Assembly: GCA_977016875.1 (NCBI GenBank)
Contig: CDRNST010000084.1
Location: forward strand, 1,674,001-1,738,000
Source of the DNA: Pavona decussata
Lineage: Eukaryota
Length of the DNA stretch: 64,000 bases
Direction of reading: 5' to 3'
Shown: one piece after another, positions 53,162-64,000 of the stretch
Layout of the letters: every line of letters starts with the position of its first letter
Numbering within the stretch: the first letter of the stretch is position 1
The notes under the pieces: model-generated
Databases searched by the model: none
Told to the model about the DNA's origin: nothing
Seen by the model: only the letters and a program-made list of their open reading frames with translations
Made by a program: the position numbers and the translations under genes

Positions 53162-56100
53162 GTAACAAACTAAAAGAACAGAATTATTTCTGGTAGCAAG
53201 TCATGACACTTGTTACGGGTAAACTGACGAAAATACGCTAATTCAGCAACCGCGGATTCATCTGGTTCTGTACTCAGTCTGGTTCTTCTTGGTGCTTAGC
53301 ACAGTGGCAATCTTGATGCGAAAGGAAACAGCGGTTTATTAACTCAACCTTCGGTAGCTTGGTAATGAGAACTGACAACAATACGGAATATTTCGTTCGA
53401 CTATGTCCTTGGCTATCAAAAAACAATGATAGAGGAATGTTTGTCAGATTGAGCAAAGGCTAGTTGAGCTACAATTGTAGCTACTCACTGGTCAACTTTG
53501 TGGGACACGAAAAATTGCTCGAGATAATGGCCTTGGGTCTTCAAGGCTCGGTTGGTGCCGGAACCGTTTGTTACCGAAAGATGGCCGGGGTTAAAATAAT
53601 AAACTTGCCTAACAAAATGGGCTCACACTATGTACCAGCATTTTGTTTGCTAGAGTTAATTTGTTATATACTCCCTCGGTAAATATTTTTGTCTGGCTAC
53701 GGGCCTACCGGTTAGTGGACAAACTCGATATTAAACTTTGCTGTCCCAACCTAGCGCTCTTCAACTCGTGTTTTCGCTTTGCTATGATATATCTATGAAA
53801 CACCCACAGAACACAAGCTACATTAATTTGTAAACAGGCTTTCGCAATACGCAGCTTTGATCTCGATAATGAAAACTAGTGTTGTCATATGGGCAGTGTG
53901 TATGGAAAAACGTAAAGCCTTTAGCCAGAGCTTGATGATACAATCCACACTGAACTGTGGTTTTGTCCGATTCAAAACTGATGATCGGCCATTCTTGATA
54001 AGAAACACAACCGCTGAACAGATATTGGCATAACCCTTACTTGCTAGCTAAGTTACTTCGGTTCAGTTCGTTGAAGAAAATGATTCAAACATATCTGATT
54101 TAAGCGTGATGACGGAAATTAGAATAAAGTGGGCTGGAAATTGTGAGAAACGTTCCCAGTTTATGCATCGAGTTGTACTTTGATGCAATTTAACGAGCAA
54201 CAATGGTAACATAGATCAATACAAAAGTTATAAAAAGGTGCCTACAGAAAAGATTATTCGGTGAAAAAGAGACGAAACTAGATTCATAATTTAAAGTAAT
54301 TCTTTAACCTCGGAAGAAAATAAGCCGAGTTATCTTTATAAATATAGTCTATTTGCAGTGTTCGTCCATTGTGAGAAACTTGATTGCAACCATCAATTAA
54401 TGCCGGCATGAATTTCAAATATTTAGAGTGAGCTAATATAAACTCATTGCATGCAGACACTATGTCATCCACATGCAGTTAAAACTTACCACTTCAATCT
54501 ACTTATCTCTCCTAGATATATCAGCAAAAACCGCGGATTGATCTCGAAGTGGTACGGTCTTTCCGCCATTGTATCCAAATGGCACAAAGTTTTCCTTAAC
54601 AGTGAAGAGGATTCTATCGAAATAAATACAGTTGTAAAAACTGTAGAGTGTAGAGCGGGCCGAGAAGACAGCAATTACTATGTTCGAATAATTGGCGGTT
54701 GCTTGCTTACTGACAGCACACCTATTGGCTCGCCTTGAAGCGAAGAGACAACGGAACTGCAAAATCATTCAGACAAAACGACCGCCGTGACATTTTAGCA
54801 TCTCACAGGAACGTTATTTGTTTACGTAATGCGGTCCTGACAGATCATGTGAAGCTCTTCTCAGCTATAATGAATTTTGGTATCCTGTTTGTTTCGTGGG
54901 CGCCAAGAGAAAACACAATAATTATCTTCTTATCTCCAACATTCGAAGTCAAAGTAGACTTACGTATTATCGCTAGGCACTTACCGGCATACAGTTCGAT
55001 AACAAATGTATCTGCCTTTTCTAAACAGGGCAATTTTCAAAGATGTTTTATGACTTTTATCATCGTATCTCTATCGGCATTTGAAAGTAAAAGTATCGAC
55101 TGTGTTAATAGTTTTTTTTTCTTTTGTTCGAAAATGAACTTATAAGCTTTGTATATGAACACAATTTGCGAGTTACAGACCCTTAAACCAAATATTTATA
55201 TTGACAGCCTCTCATGCAATGAAAATATCTTCCACACCATTTTAATCTCAAGTAGTTTTTCGTGTAATAGCTGACAGAACCACTTGAGAAAAGCCCTTTT
55301 CGTTTCAGTGGCCTCTTGAAACACAATGGAATATTTTACCCATAAGGAAGACATTAATGACGTGGCAAACTTATAATTGCAGCAGATGGGGAAGGCGGCT
55401 CGAGGCCCTTGTCCATGAAGTTACACTGCGGCCTTGTTGAAAATCTGGCTTAGATGGCTATCGATTTATGAAGGGCCGATGAAATGCCATCCAATGAAGA
55501 TCAAAGGAAGGTAACACATGCCATTCGCTTTTAATTAAAACCGAGAAAGTTGTAAAGCAATTAGATGACGGCTCTGTCAAGATTTTACAAGCTTTCCGCC
55601 CAAAAATTAATTCTGGTTTTCCGAGGGGTGGGTCGGAATGCATCAGTTCTAACGCTTGCAGTGTGGTTTTAGTGAAAGCTAACCGGTTCCATGTATTGTT
55701 GCTCCTTTAGTTAAAAGCGCTGTACACACAATTAACCCATTGTTCATGTGACCTGCTATCAACAAGGGCATTTTACAAAGGAAACAGCATTTAGGATGTG
55801 ACTGTTAACAGTTGGCGAACAAACTATTTAATCACTGCGTTGTACTTACAGAAATTCAAATAAAGTCGCTCGCTGCACATAAAGCCGTAAGTTCAGTTTG
55901 CGTTAAATCTGTGCAACACATTTGTGGAATAAGTCCAAATTAAATGCAAAAAACCCTTTTTTCTCCCTTTTTGTGTGACTCATAATATAGTCTTTTATAG
56001 TTTGCATGACAAGGAGGTGAATCTAATAAACACGCGATTCTCAAATAAGATTGTCAGTGGCGAAGAGTATAATTGCGCAATTAATGTGATATCATGATAT

Positions 56101-56925
56101 AGTGATGGAAGCGTTTGAAATGTCAAGAGACCGGAGATCAGAACTAAACCCGGGCTCTCTTTCTGAGATTAAATTTTGTTAACAGACGCAAGTAGATTTA
56201 TGACGTCTGTGTTAGCGAATCACGTGCTCATGTTTTAGTTCAGATGTCGCCGCAAAAAAACACGCCGCGTGCGTGGTGTATAAGACATGTAAACGTGTTT
56301 CTCGCCGCTGCAATTTACACCTGCGCGCAACGAACAGCGTTGAATCATCACTGTTCGTTTACTTCTGATAAACAAAATGCAAAACTAACAACTGAGAATA
56401 AAAAACACATTAGCACCAAGCAAATGAACAATTTAGCGATGCAAAAGTAGGACAAGAGAAGAGTTATTTACAAGTTAATGCGTTAAACAGCTGAAAGCGT
56501 GCGGCACATGAAAGGAGCCACCGAGGAAAGAAATATTATCAGATTAGGTGGATTGTTTGTTTTGATTGTCGCTGGAGAGATTTGGCCAAGCCGACTGCAA
56601 TAACGTGTCTATTTTTCACCTTCTGCCAGCAGAAAAATTATTTCGTTAAAAGCAATCGCTTCCCTTGAAGCTAACAAACCGAACTAAGCCCTTCACGAAA
56701 TATTCTTTGCAAAGGAATGCTGAAGGATAGAGTTCAAACAGAATTAAACCGACAGACAATAACCTCGGATCGATTACACTTTCAAAAGTGGCGCCCGGGT
56801 ATCACTTTCACCCCAGCTAGCGGCTGCGCGATAAATGCGTGCCTAAATGGGTTGCATGCAAATCGTGCGACTCTAGCAGAACACAACAAACGTGTGAGGA
56901 ACAGGTCAACACGCCGCTTGGAGAT

Positions 56926-57283
56926 ATGTACCCGCGTGGTTATAACTACAACCGACCACCGTATCCAGTTAATCCACATGATTCGCATGCACCGCCACCA
57001 CTATCGCACCCACCGTATGTTTACAGCCACCCATCCCGTTATACCTGCAGTACGTACCCTACTGCTAGCAGCTATCCCTTGCCTAATAGCTCGCCTTCAT
57101 ACAGTCACATCCCGCCGCAGTCGTTAACACACTATGGAGATCCAAGGTACATGGAGGTGAGTCCTCGAGAGGAGCTACCAATTCTGCATCATCTTCCTCA
57201 ACAGCCAAGCTCGATGGATCCTCATCCAGACCACTCGCGTCAATCCATGGAGAATGCTGCGCTACTGCCGAGCTGCCAACAAG
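56926..57283 (+). CDS. Mox: Exon 1 of Mox paralog 4
   Basis: ATG at 56926 (MYPRGYNY...), 119 codons + 1 nt, donor CAA G|GTAATA. Confidence 0.88.
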
Positions 57284-59054
57284 GTAATAAGACTATCTGA
57301 TGCTTTTATTGGTGTTTATTAAAGATCACACCTTTCTTAAGTGTTATTACTGCACTTGGAGTATTTAACACGTTGTTTGGCGTGCGCTTAAAATAAATTT
57401 GAGTGTCTATTAGCTTCGCTAGCAGCGTGATAACTGATGAATAACTCCTTGAGACCGCACTGGCTGTAAACGATCAAACGTTGGTGACTGTTTTCCATTT
57501 TTAAGCGAGTTGTCTTTTGTTAAGAGTGTACCTCTTCCCTGCAAACGTAAACCTTAATTATTAAGGGCAATGGTAAATACGAAATTATAGTAAAGTTGAG
57601 CGAAAGATTCCCGCTGTGGAAACGTTTACTTTAAAATTCAGACTGGAGTGCTTAGATAAGGCATCATACAAGTGGGATACAAAAAGCTACAAAGTGTTAA
57701 TAAGGGGAAGGAGAATCCAAATTTCCTTTATTTTATTATTATTTTCTTTAGCAAGCAGTTCTGTATGTAAAATATTTCAGTGTTGACGAAGAACAGGCAG
57801 CTGTTTCTTTAGAGAATTCATTGCTCCTTTGAAACTTAACTAGTATCTTCTTGATCTGCCCAGCTCCCCTATGAATCATGCTTAGTGTTTCCGCTACCCT
57901 GCATTTATACTTGTGTATAAATGAAACTATGAACTATCACTTGACGTCTCAGAATTTGTCTGCTAACTAACCAGCTTTTACTATCAAACTTTTCTAATTA
58001 GAGTATTCTTCCATGAGAAATTAAAATCTAGGAAAGTGATTATCTTTATCTTGTAGTTGCCAACAAGACTTGTGTGTCTTTAGATTTGATTTCGCTCAGC
58101 TGCTTGAATAGCCTTGCAGATCAATTATGATAAAAAACTACTTGGGAGTTTTGATAATCACTTGTTCCGCAGCTCTGTGGAATATACGTGGTTAACCGCT
58201 GCTATTAATATTGGAACGTTTTTTAAAACCAGCTTACTGAAGTTAAATGCTGGTTGTACAAAGAAAATCACTCGAATATTTTTTAGTACTCGAAGTTCAA
58301 TTCGACTACAGCGTGTCCTCCAGATTAAACACTGTTTGTTTGGTGAGCTAGTTTTAAAAGGAAAGAATATTGTTGGAGAGCATAACGGTTTTGAAAAGTT
58401 TACATTAACTTCAAGGGCAGTTCTTAACAAACACATCTGCTCATCTGCTATAGATTGGTAGACCAGCTTAGCTATAAAAGCTGAGATTTCATTACCATTC
58501 AATTTGTATAGCTATGGGAAAGCAGAACGTAAATATAAAAGCTTTTAACCGTACGTTTCTTTTCATTATTGCACCGCATTGCTTCTTTGGAAATACGTGT
58601 CCAGATTTCCACAAAATTGACTCTTCTCTTCTAGCCCCCTATCGAGATGTGAATTCTTCACCATTAATTCCTCTCACAAATGTCTACAGGAAGAGCAGTG
58701 TTATCCTCAAACCAAACAAGTGTGCCATGTTCCGAAAGCATGTAATGATCAAGAATTTTTTAGGTTAAGCTCTTGAAAAGAAGTTTAACTTTGTGCAAAC
58801 TGCTCAGGATGAGGTTAATAAATTTACATCATTTAACTCGCGCGCTGTTACGATCAAGACTGAACCGCAGCACACATGAAAGCTTGCGAACATAACAAGG
58901 AAGATGACTGATTTGCTGTGGTCACGACGAAGGGGGTATTTTGGATTCCTCAACAATTGGGAAGTTTTTTGCGCAGAAGGAAGGATTCGTTTTGTATGTA
59001 ACTTAGTGCATACAAAAGAGGAACTCTAAATTGAAAGCAATAAATGCCTTTTAG

Positions 59055-59290
59055 TGGTGCAGTTTTGAGAGCACTTGCCTCCCACCAGTGTGGCCCGGGT
59101 TCGAATTCCTCAAACGTGGGTTAAGTTTGTTGTTGGTTCTCGTCCTTGCTCCGAGAGGTTTTTCTCCGGGTACTCCAGTTTTTCCCTCTCCTCAAAAACC
59201 AACACTTCTAAATTCCAATTAGAGCTGGAAAGTGTCCCCAATTAGTTCCCTGCGCCAAATACATTGGCACTTACATAAAGCGATTTATTT
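59055..59290 (+). mobile_element. tRNA-derived SINE with V/Meta-like central domain in the intron of paralog 4
   Basis: tRNA-like head with B box GGTTCGAATTCC, centre GGTTTTTCTCCGGGTACTCCAGTTTTTCCCTCTCC, AT-rich tail. Confidence 0.75.
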
Positions 59291-62200
59291 TACTTAATAA
59301 AACGTCGAATGATATCTTTAATACTCGGTTCTCCTTGGTCGCGTACCTCTTTTTTTTTTCCAGTCGCACACATATTCGGCAAGGAAGCTCGCCATGTAGC
59401 GTTCAATATGCTTATAGCTCTTTGTTCCGTGGATTCATTTGGCTGCTAAAATGTGACCATGCAATGCAAGTAAGAGCTCAATGTCGAGCACCGCTTCCTA
59501 GTGGAACTGTTTATTTTACTGTACAAGGCGTTGAATCATCTTTTGACTCCACAGGAAATGAACCCTAAATCATGATCATTCAAACAAAAGCTTATTGAAC
59601 AGTTCAACCTAGTTCGTACTTACAAATTTGGAACTGCAAATTAATCATAAAGTTAACCTAAAATGTAGTCTGGTTTTTTTCCAATGTTTCAGTTGCAAGG
59701 ATTTTTAATATTGAACCAGGGTGCCACATTTATATTGGAAATGAAAAACTGGGGTACAAGACATGGCGGACCGTGATATTCAAGGGATATTACTACATAG
59801 CCCTCGGTTCTTGCACTGAAGCCCGAACACATTTATATCAACCACCTTTACAGCAAAAAGATAAAAGTCTGACAAAATTTGTTAGCCTTTACTGATCCCG
59901 TGGCAAGGAATCGTATATATTTAAAAACTTCAAAAAATTACGTGCATGGCAAAGACTCGAGCAAACTTAGACAAACTAAAGCCTTTAATTGAAGTCTTCC
60001 CTTTTAACGATTTCTGGCTTTAAAGGCTCTTGAGAAACTGACGAGCCCTTAGAATTGTTACGGGAAAATTATCGAAAATACATCGCGCTACTTTCTGTAA
60101 GCCATAATTATTAGTCGTGCAGGGTAAATGAAAGTTATCTCGATTTATGAACACAGACATTTTATTCATTGCACCATCGCACTCTCACAGGTAAGCTAAA
60201 TTTGAATTCTTCTGTATTCGATGGCAGTTCTAATATATATATTTTTTCAAACACGTTATTGCAACCGAAACTTGAAAGAACTGAAATAACCTCTTGGAAA
60301 GTCGAAGCGAGCCAAAAACTCAGCGTAGGGAACCGAGTCTACACCCACAAAAAAGTACTGTCCTAAACAAGCTGCAAGCAAAAAGTCTGAAAGTGTCAGC
60401 TAAATTAAGCTTATAATAACAGCGAAGCCTATATGACGAAGATTTGCAAAAATCATGCCTTGTTCATTTTTATCAGAAGGTTTCTTCGAAACCAACGCAT
60501 TAAAGTAATATCCTTGTATCTCTTGCCGAAAAGGGAGTGTTCTGCAATCATTGCCATCATAGGTCAACATACAACAAAATAGTCCTCATGTATTGAAAAT
60601 GTAACTGTAAAGCAACAATACTGTATTTTGTTAATTCAAGTTTTTCGTGAAATTTCTAAAAACGAAGAGAACTCAAATGTTCAACAGCTTTAATGTAAAT
60701 AGTGACATCTGGGTTTTTAACAGACTCAAAATCAGAGCCGCATAGCTCTATTGTAGGTTTCAGTTTTGGACTGGAATGTTTAGATGAAACTTTAGAGGTT
60801 TCTTCTGCAGCCAAAAACGCTTCATTAATCGTGTGAAAATTTAAACGTAGGAGGTCTTTACTGAACATATTGCAGTCGCAATTTCAACGCAAACCCGCGG
60901 TAAACCAAGGAATTCACTTAGTATTAATCTCTGTTTCGGCTTTCTTTGCGGATTTCCTATCAGTAATATTGTGTTAACAGGATTAAAAATGTTTCTAAGT
61001 AATAGCTTTTTCAGTACTTTAAGGATAAAGTAGAGTCTTAGCCGAAACATCAGACAAAAGATACGAAGAAAACATAAACAACTTGCTGGTCAGCTTTTGG
61101 CTCACATCCGAGGAACAAGTGGCTAATTATAAGAGCTTCCTTTTTCACACTGGAGTTGTTTTTGTTGAAGAATAATCGAAAGCTGAGCTGCAAGCTGCTT
61201 TTTTTAGCTTTCAGTTCCATAGCGAACCGATTTTAAGTAAAACAGTGGATAGGAAAACGAAATTTCTGCAAAGATTTGGCTTAATAGCGCACATAGCACC
61301 AACGACATTCTATCCTTCAGTACGGAGAATGCAGAAAATTTGAGGACAAGTTATAATCTAAGGACTGTCTAAAGTTTTGTTTGCAGGCCGGTTCTAAGGG
61401 CTACAAGTTGTCTTGAAGTTTCATAGTTCTCCTTTATGATAATGTCAGTATTAAAAAGCCGTGCAGTTTAGTGCGAATCAGTGTTTTGTCACAAGCTGAA
61501 AAGTCAACATTTCTTCCCCCCGCCATATTGAGAATTTGGTCTGTCTATGTTTCTAGGTTTTTGTCAGTATATTTTTCCAACCCTCTGCATTTGGCCCGCT
61601 AGGCTTCATTTGTGCGCTTAGGTTTAATTAAACGTCTTCATAAACTTAACATTTCTTATTATAATAATTCCAATTAATATAAGGCAAACTGCCCATTCGG
61701 TTAGCTTCCCGTTTCTAATATTTAAGGTTATATTGTAGTGGTAATGTTTCAAAATTCTCAGTTAGGTTTTGTAACAAGTTCATATTTAAGAGAATTGCTT
61801 TACAAGATGAGAAAGATTAAATCATGCCTAGCAAAAAAAGTAAGAGAGTATTTTTTTGGAGTTAATTCGCGCAAGGTAGGTAATGCGAGAATGATTTATG
61901 TGTGGCAATTGTAATATACACCTAACCAGATGAGGAGGAGTTGAAGGAGATCGAAGAAGCGCCGAGCTGAAGGCTGCGCACCTAACTTGAACTGGAAAAC
62001 ATCCCCATTTCGACGTTGACAAAAAGTTTACATTTGAACGCAAAAGTTTCGATTATTGTCATTAATGTCGAAACAAACTGACCATATTTTTTTAATATGA
62101 AATTTTGGTAAAAGAATTCTTCCGTTAAATTTCCAACTATTGAAAAATGTTTTTCAAAAGGAACTGCAGTATGTTTCCAGGTCTACCGTTAGTTCTTCAG

Positions 62201-62335
62201 CATTGAACAGAGATTAATAATGGCACTGTTTTCCGCATATTGGGTATAGAATTGGTCTAACTTTAGATTCTGGAAATGAAACTCTAAAGTTCGACGATAA
62301 CAATGAACTGTGTTTTTATTCTGTTGCTTTTGCAG

Positions 62336-62631
62336 CTGCGAAAACCGGAAAATCTACCGGAAAGAAAAGGAAGGAAAGAACAGCTTTCACCAAACATCAA
62401 ATTCAAGAACTGGAAAACGAATTTCAGAGAAATAATTACTTAACCAGGCTCAGGAGATACGAGATCGCAGTAAGCTTGGACTTAACGGAAAGGCAGGTCA
62501 AAGTTTGGTTCCAAAACCGTCGGATGAAATGGAAGCGCGTCAAGGGAAAAAGATTGGAAAAGAAAGCTCCAGTGGCCAAAAACCTAAGCAACAACTCAGA
62601 TGAGGAAAGAGCCCAGGAAATTCATATGTAA
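62336..62631 (+). CDS. Mox: Exon 2 (homeobox 62365-62544) of Mox paralog 4; spliced protein 217 aa
   Basis: Acceptor TTGCTTTTGCAG|CT. Manual translation: [97 protein letters not shown]. Absent from the ORF track. Confidence 0.96.
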
Positions 62632-63684
62632 CATTTAACTTATGCGCAGCTGAAGACGTTTAGGCTTATATAAAGAAGAAGGATTGCAGCCGAACACTAA
62701 TTTCAATACAAGCCTTGACCCAAAACAACACGGCAGCAGAATCAAATGATTGAATGACACAGCCAGTTAAGAGTTAGCTGTGTTGCAAACGAGGAGATAG
62801 CCTCTTTTCGTGAGAAATATTTATGTGAGGAACTTCTCCCATTAGAGCGATTCTTATCGTCGCTATTGCGATGGTTTCTGTTGTATACAGCTATTTTATT
62901 TAACGTTGTCGGATCAAAGTATAAAGCTATAAGACAAGACTTCAAGATTCCGTGGATTTTTTTTATGAATAAGTTCATCAAAGTCAGCTATGCCTCCTCT
63001 GTCCAGTAAAGATATACTATGGCGAGCCATTTGGATGAAAGAAATGTTAGGATATCAAATGGATGAGGTGGCAGCCTCTTTGAAGATGTCTTTAAGCTTT
63101 AAGCTTTCATCCGACAACTTTGATTGAAATAGCTGTATACAAGCGACTTGTTGATACTGACCTGTGATTTAAAACTATCAAGGAAGACGAGGAGTGGCGC
63201 TTACAGAACTCAGTTGTCTTTCGCTTCCCGGAAATTCGAAAGCCTTTTTAATTTTTTTCCGTGAGAAATATCAGTACATGGAGAACACCTTTCGCCAAAA
63301 GCATTTCATTTTTGGCGCGATGATGCTGTCGTATGCGATGATTTATCATATAGAACTAACTCTTCGAGAAATTATTCTAAACTTTATTCAAGTCTAAGGC
63401 AGACATTCATTGAAGCCGCTCACCGTCTTGGTTGTGCGAATGGTCAGGCCGTGATAAACTTTCAACAAAAATTGCTTCTGAAGTCACAATACTTGAGGAA
63501 AACAATATTGACCTGAAATCTCGGTTACTGTACTGTCTTTCGCAAAATGTTTGGTGTACATGTCTTCTTTAAACGCATTTTAACTGCACGCGGAATGTAT
63601 AGCATTTCCTGAGAGAGGGCCATCTGTGTAACCCATCGAAAAAAAAAAATAGCAACTGATCTTCTCGATTTATTTTATTGTATA

Positions 63685-63698
63685 AATAAAACAATAAA
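63685..63698 (+). terminator. Candidate tandem poly(A) signals for Mox paralog 4
   Basis: AATAAA at 63685 and 63693, about 1 kb after the stop codon. Confidence 0.35.
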
Positions 63699-64000
63699 CT
63701 GAAGACACGGCTCTCGTTGTGCAATACTTTAGATCTATGTTGGGATGAAAATTATTCGAGCTCTCTCGTGTATTATCCAGAGGATACTATCTAAATGGAA
63801 ATATAATTTCAAACTGAAATATTTCAGAACCTCTCATTAATAAGTTTATTTATGACCAACGACTCGAAAGCTAAATGATGCTATCTACAATGTGATGTTG
63901 TGTCCATGCTATTGCATTCCTATGGTGGATTTACTCTACAATAAACAAAGTTCAAAGGTTTCGTTTACTGATTTAAAAGTTATCAGCGGCCATCTTGTAG

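Noticed and set aside
56839-56925. Longer non-ATG starts of the exon-1 ORFs (also 2632-2664 and 16120-16188)
   Set aside because: They begin at GTG/TTG; the shared MY start at the first in-frame ATG is more parsimonious.

Overview
AT-rich eukaryotic genomic DNA. The repeat content suggests an anthozoan cnidarian, probably a stony coral (inference). The window is dominated by a cluster of four two-exon Mox/Meox-family homeobox genes arranged <- <- <- ->. Three are complete: exons 16119-15780 + 10660-10371, 34108-33748 + 30889-30621 and 56926-57283 + 62336-62631. The fourth shows only exon 1 (2631-2223); its homeobox exon presumably lies left of the window. Each gene has an MY-initiated Pro/Tyr/His-rich exon 1 ending at a phase-1 G|GT donor, and the three visible homeoboxes are uninterrupted. 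Two homeobox exons are missing from the supplied ORF track. No other convincing protein gene was found. The remainder holds many non-autonomous TIR elements (some with 3-, 6- or 9-bp target duplications), two tRNA-derived SINEs (one with a Deu/Nin-like domain), L2/CR1 LINE 3' fragments, microsatellites and a 225-bp inverted repeat carrying two Penelope-type minimal hammerhead ribozyme motifs.
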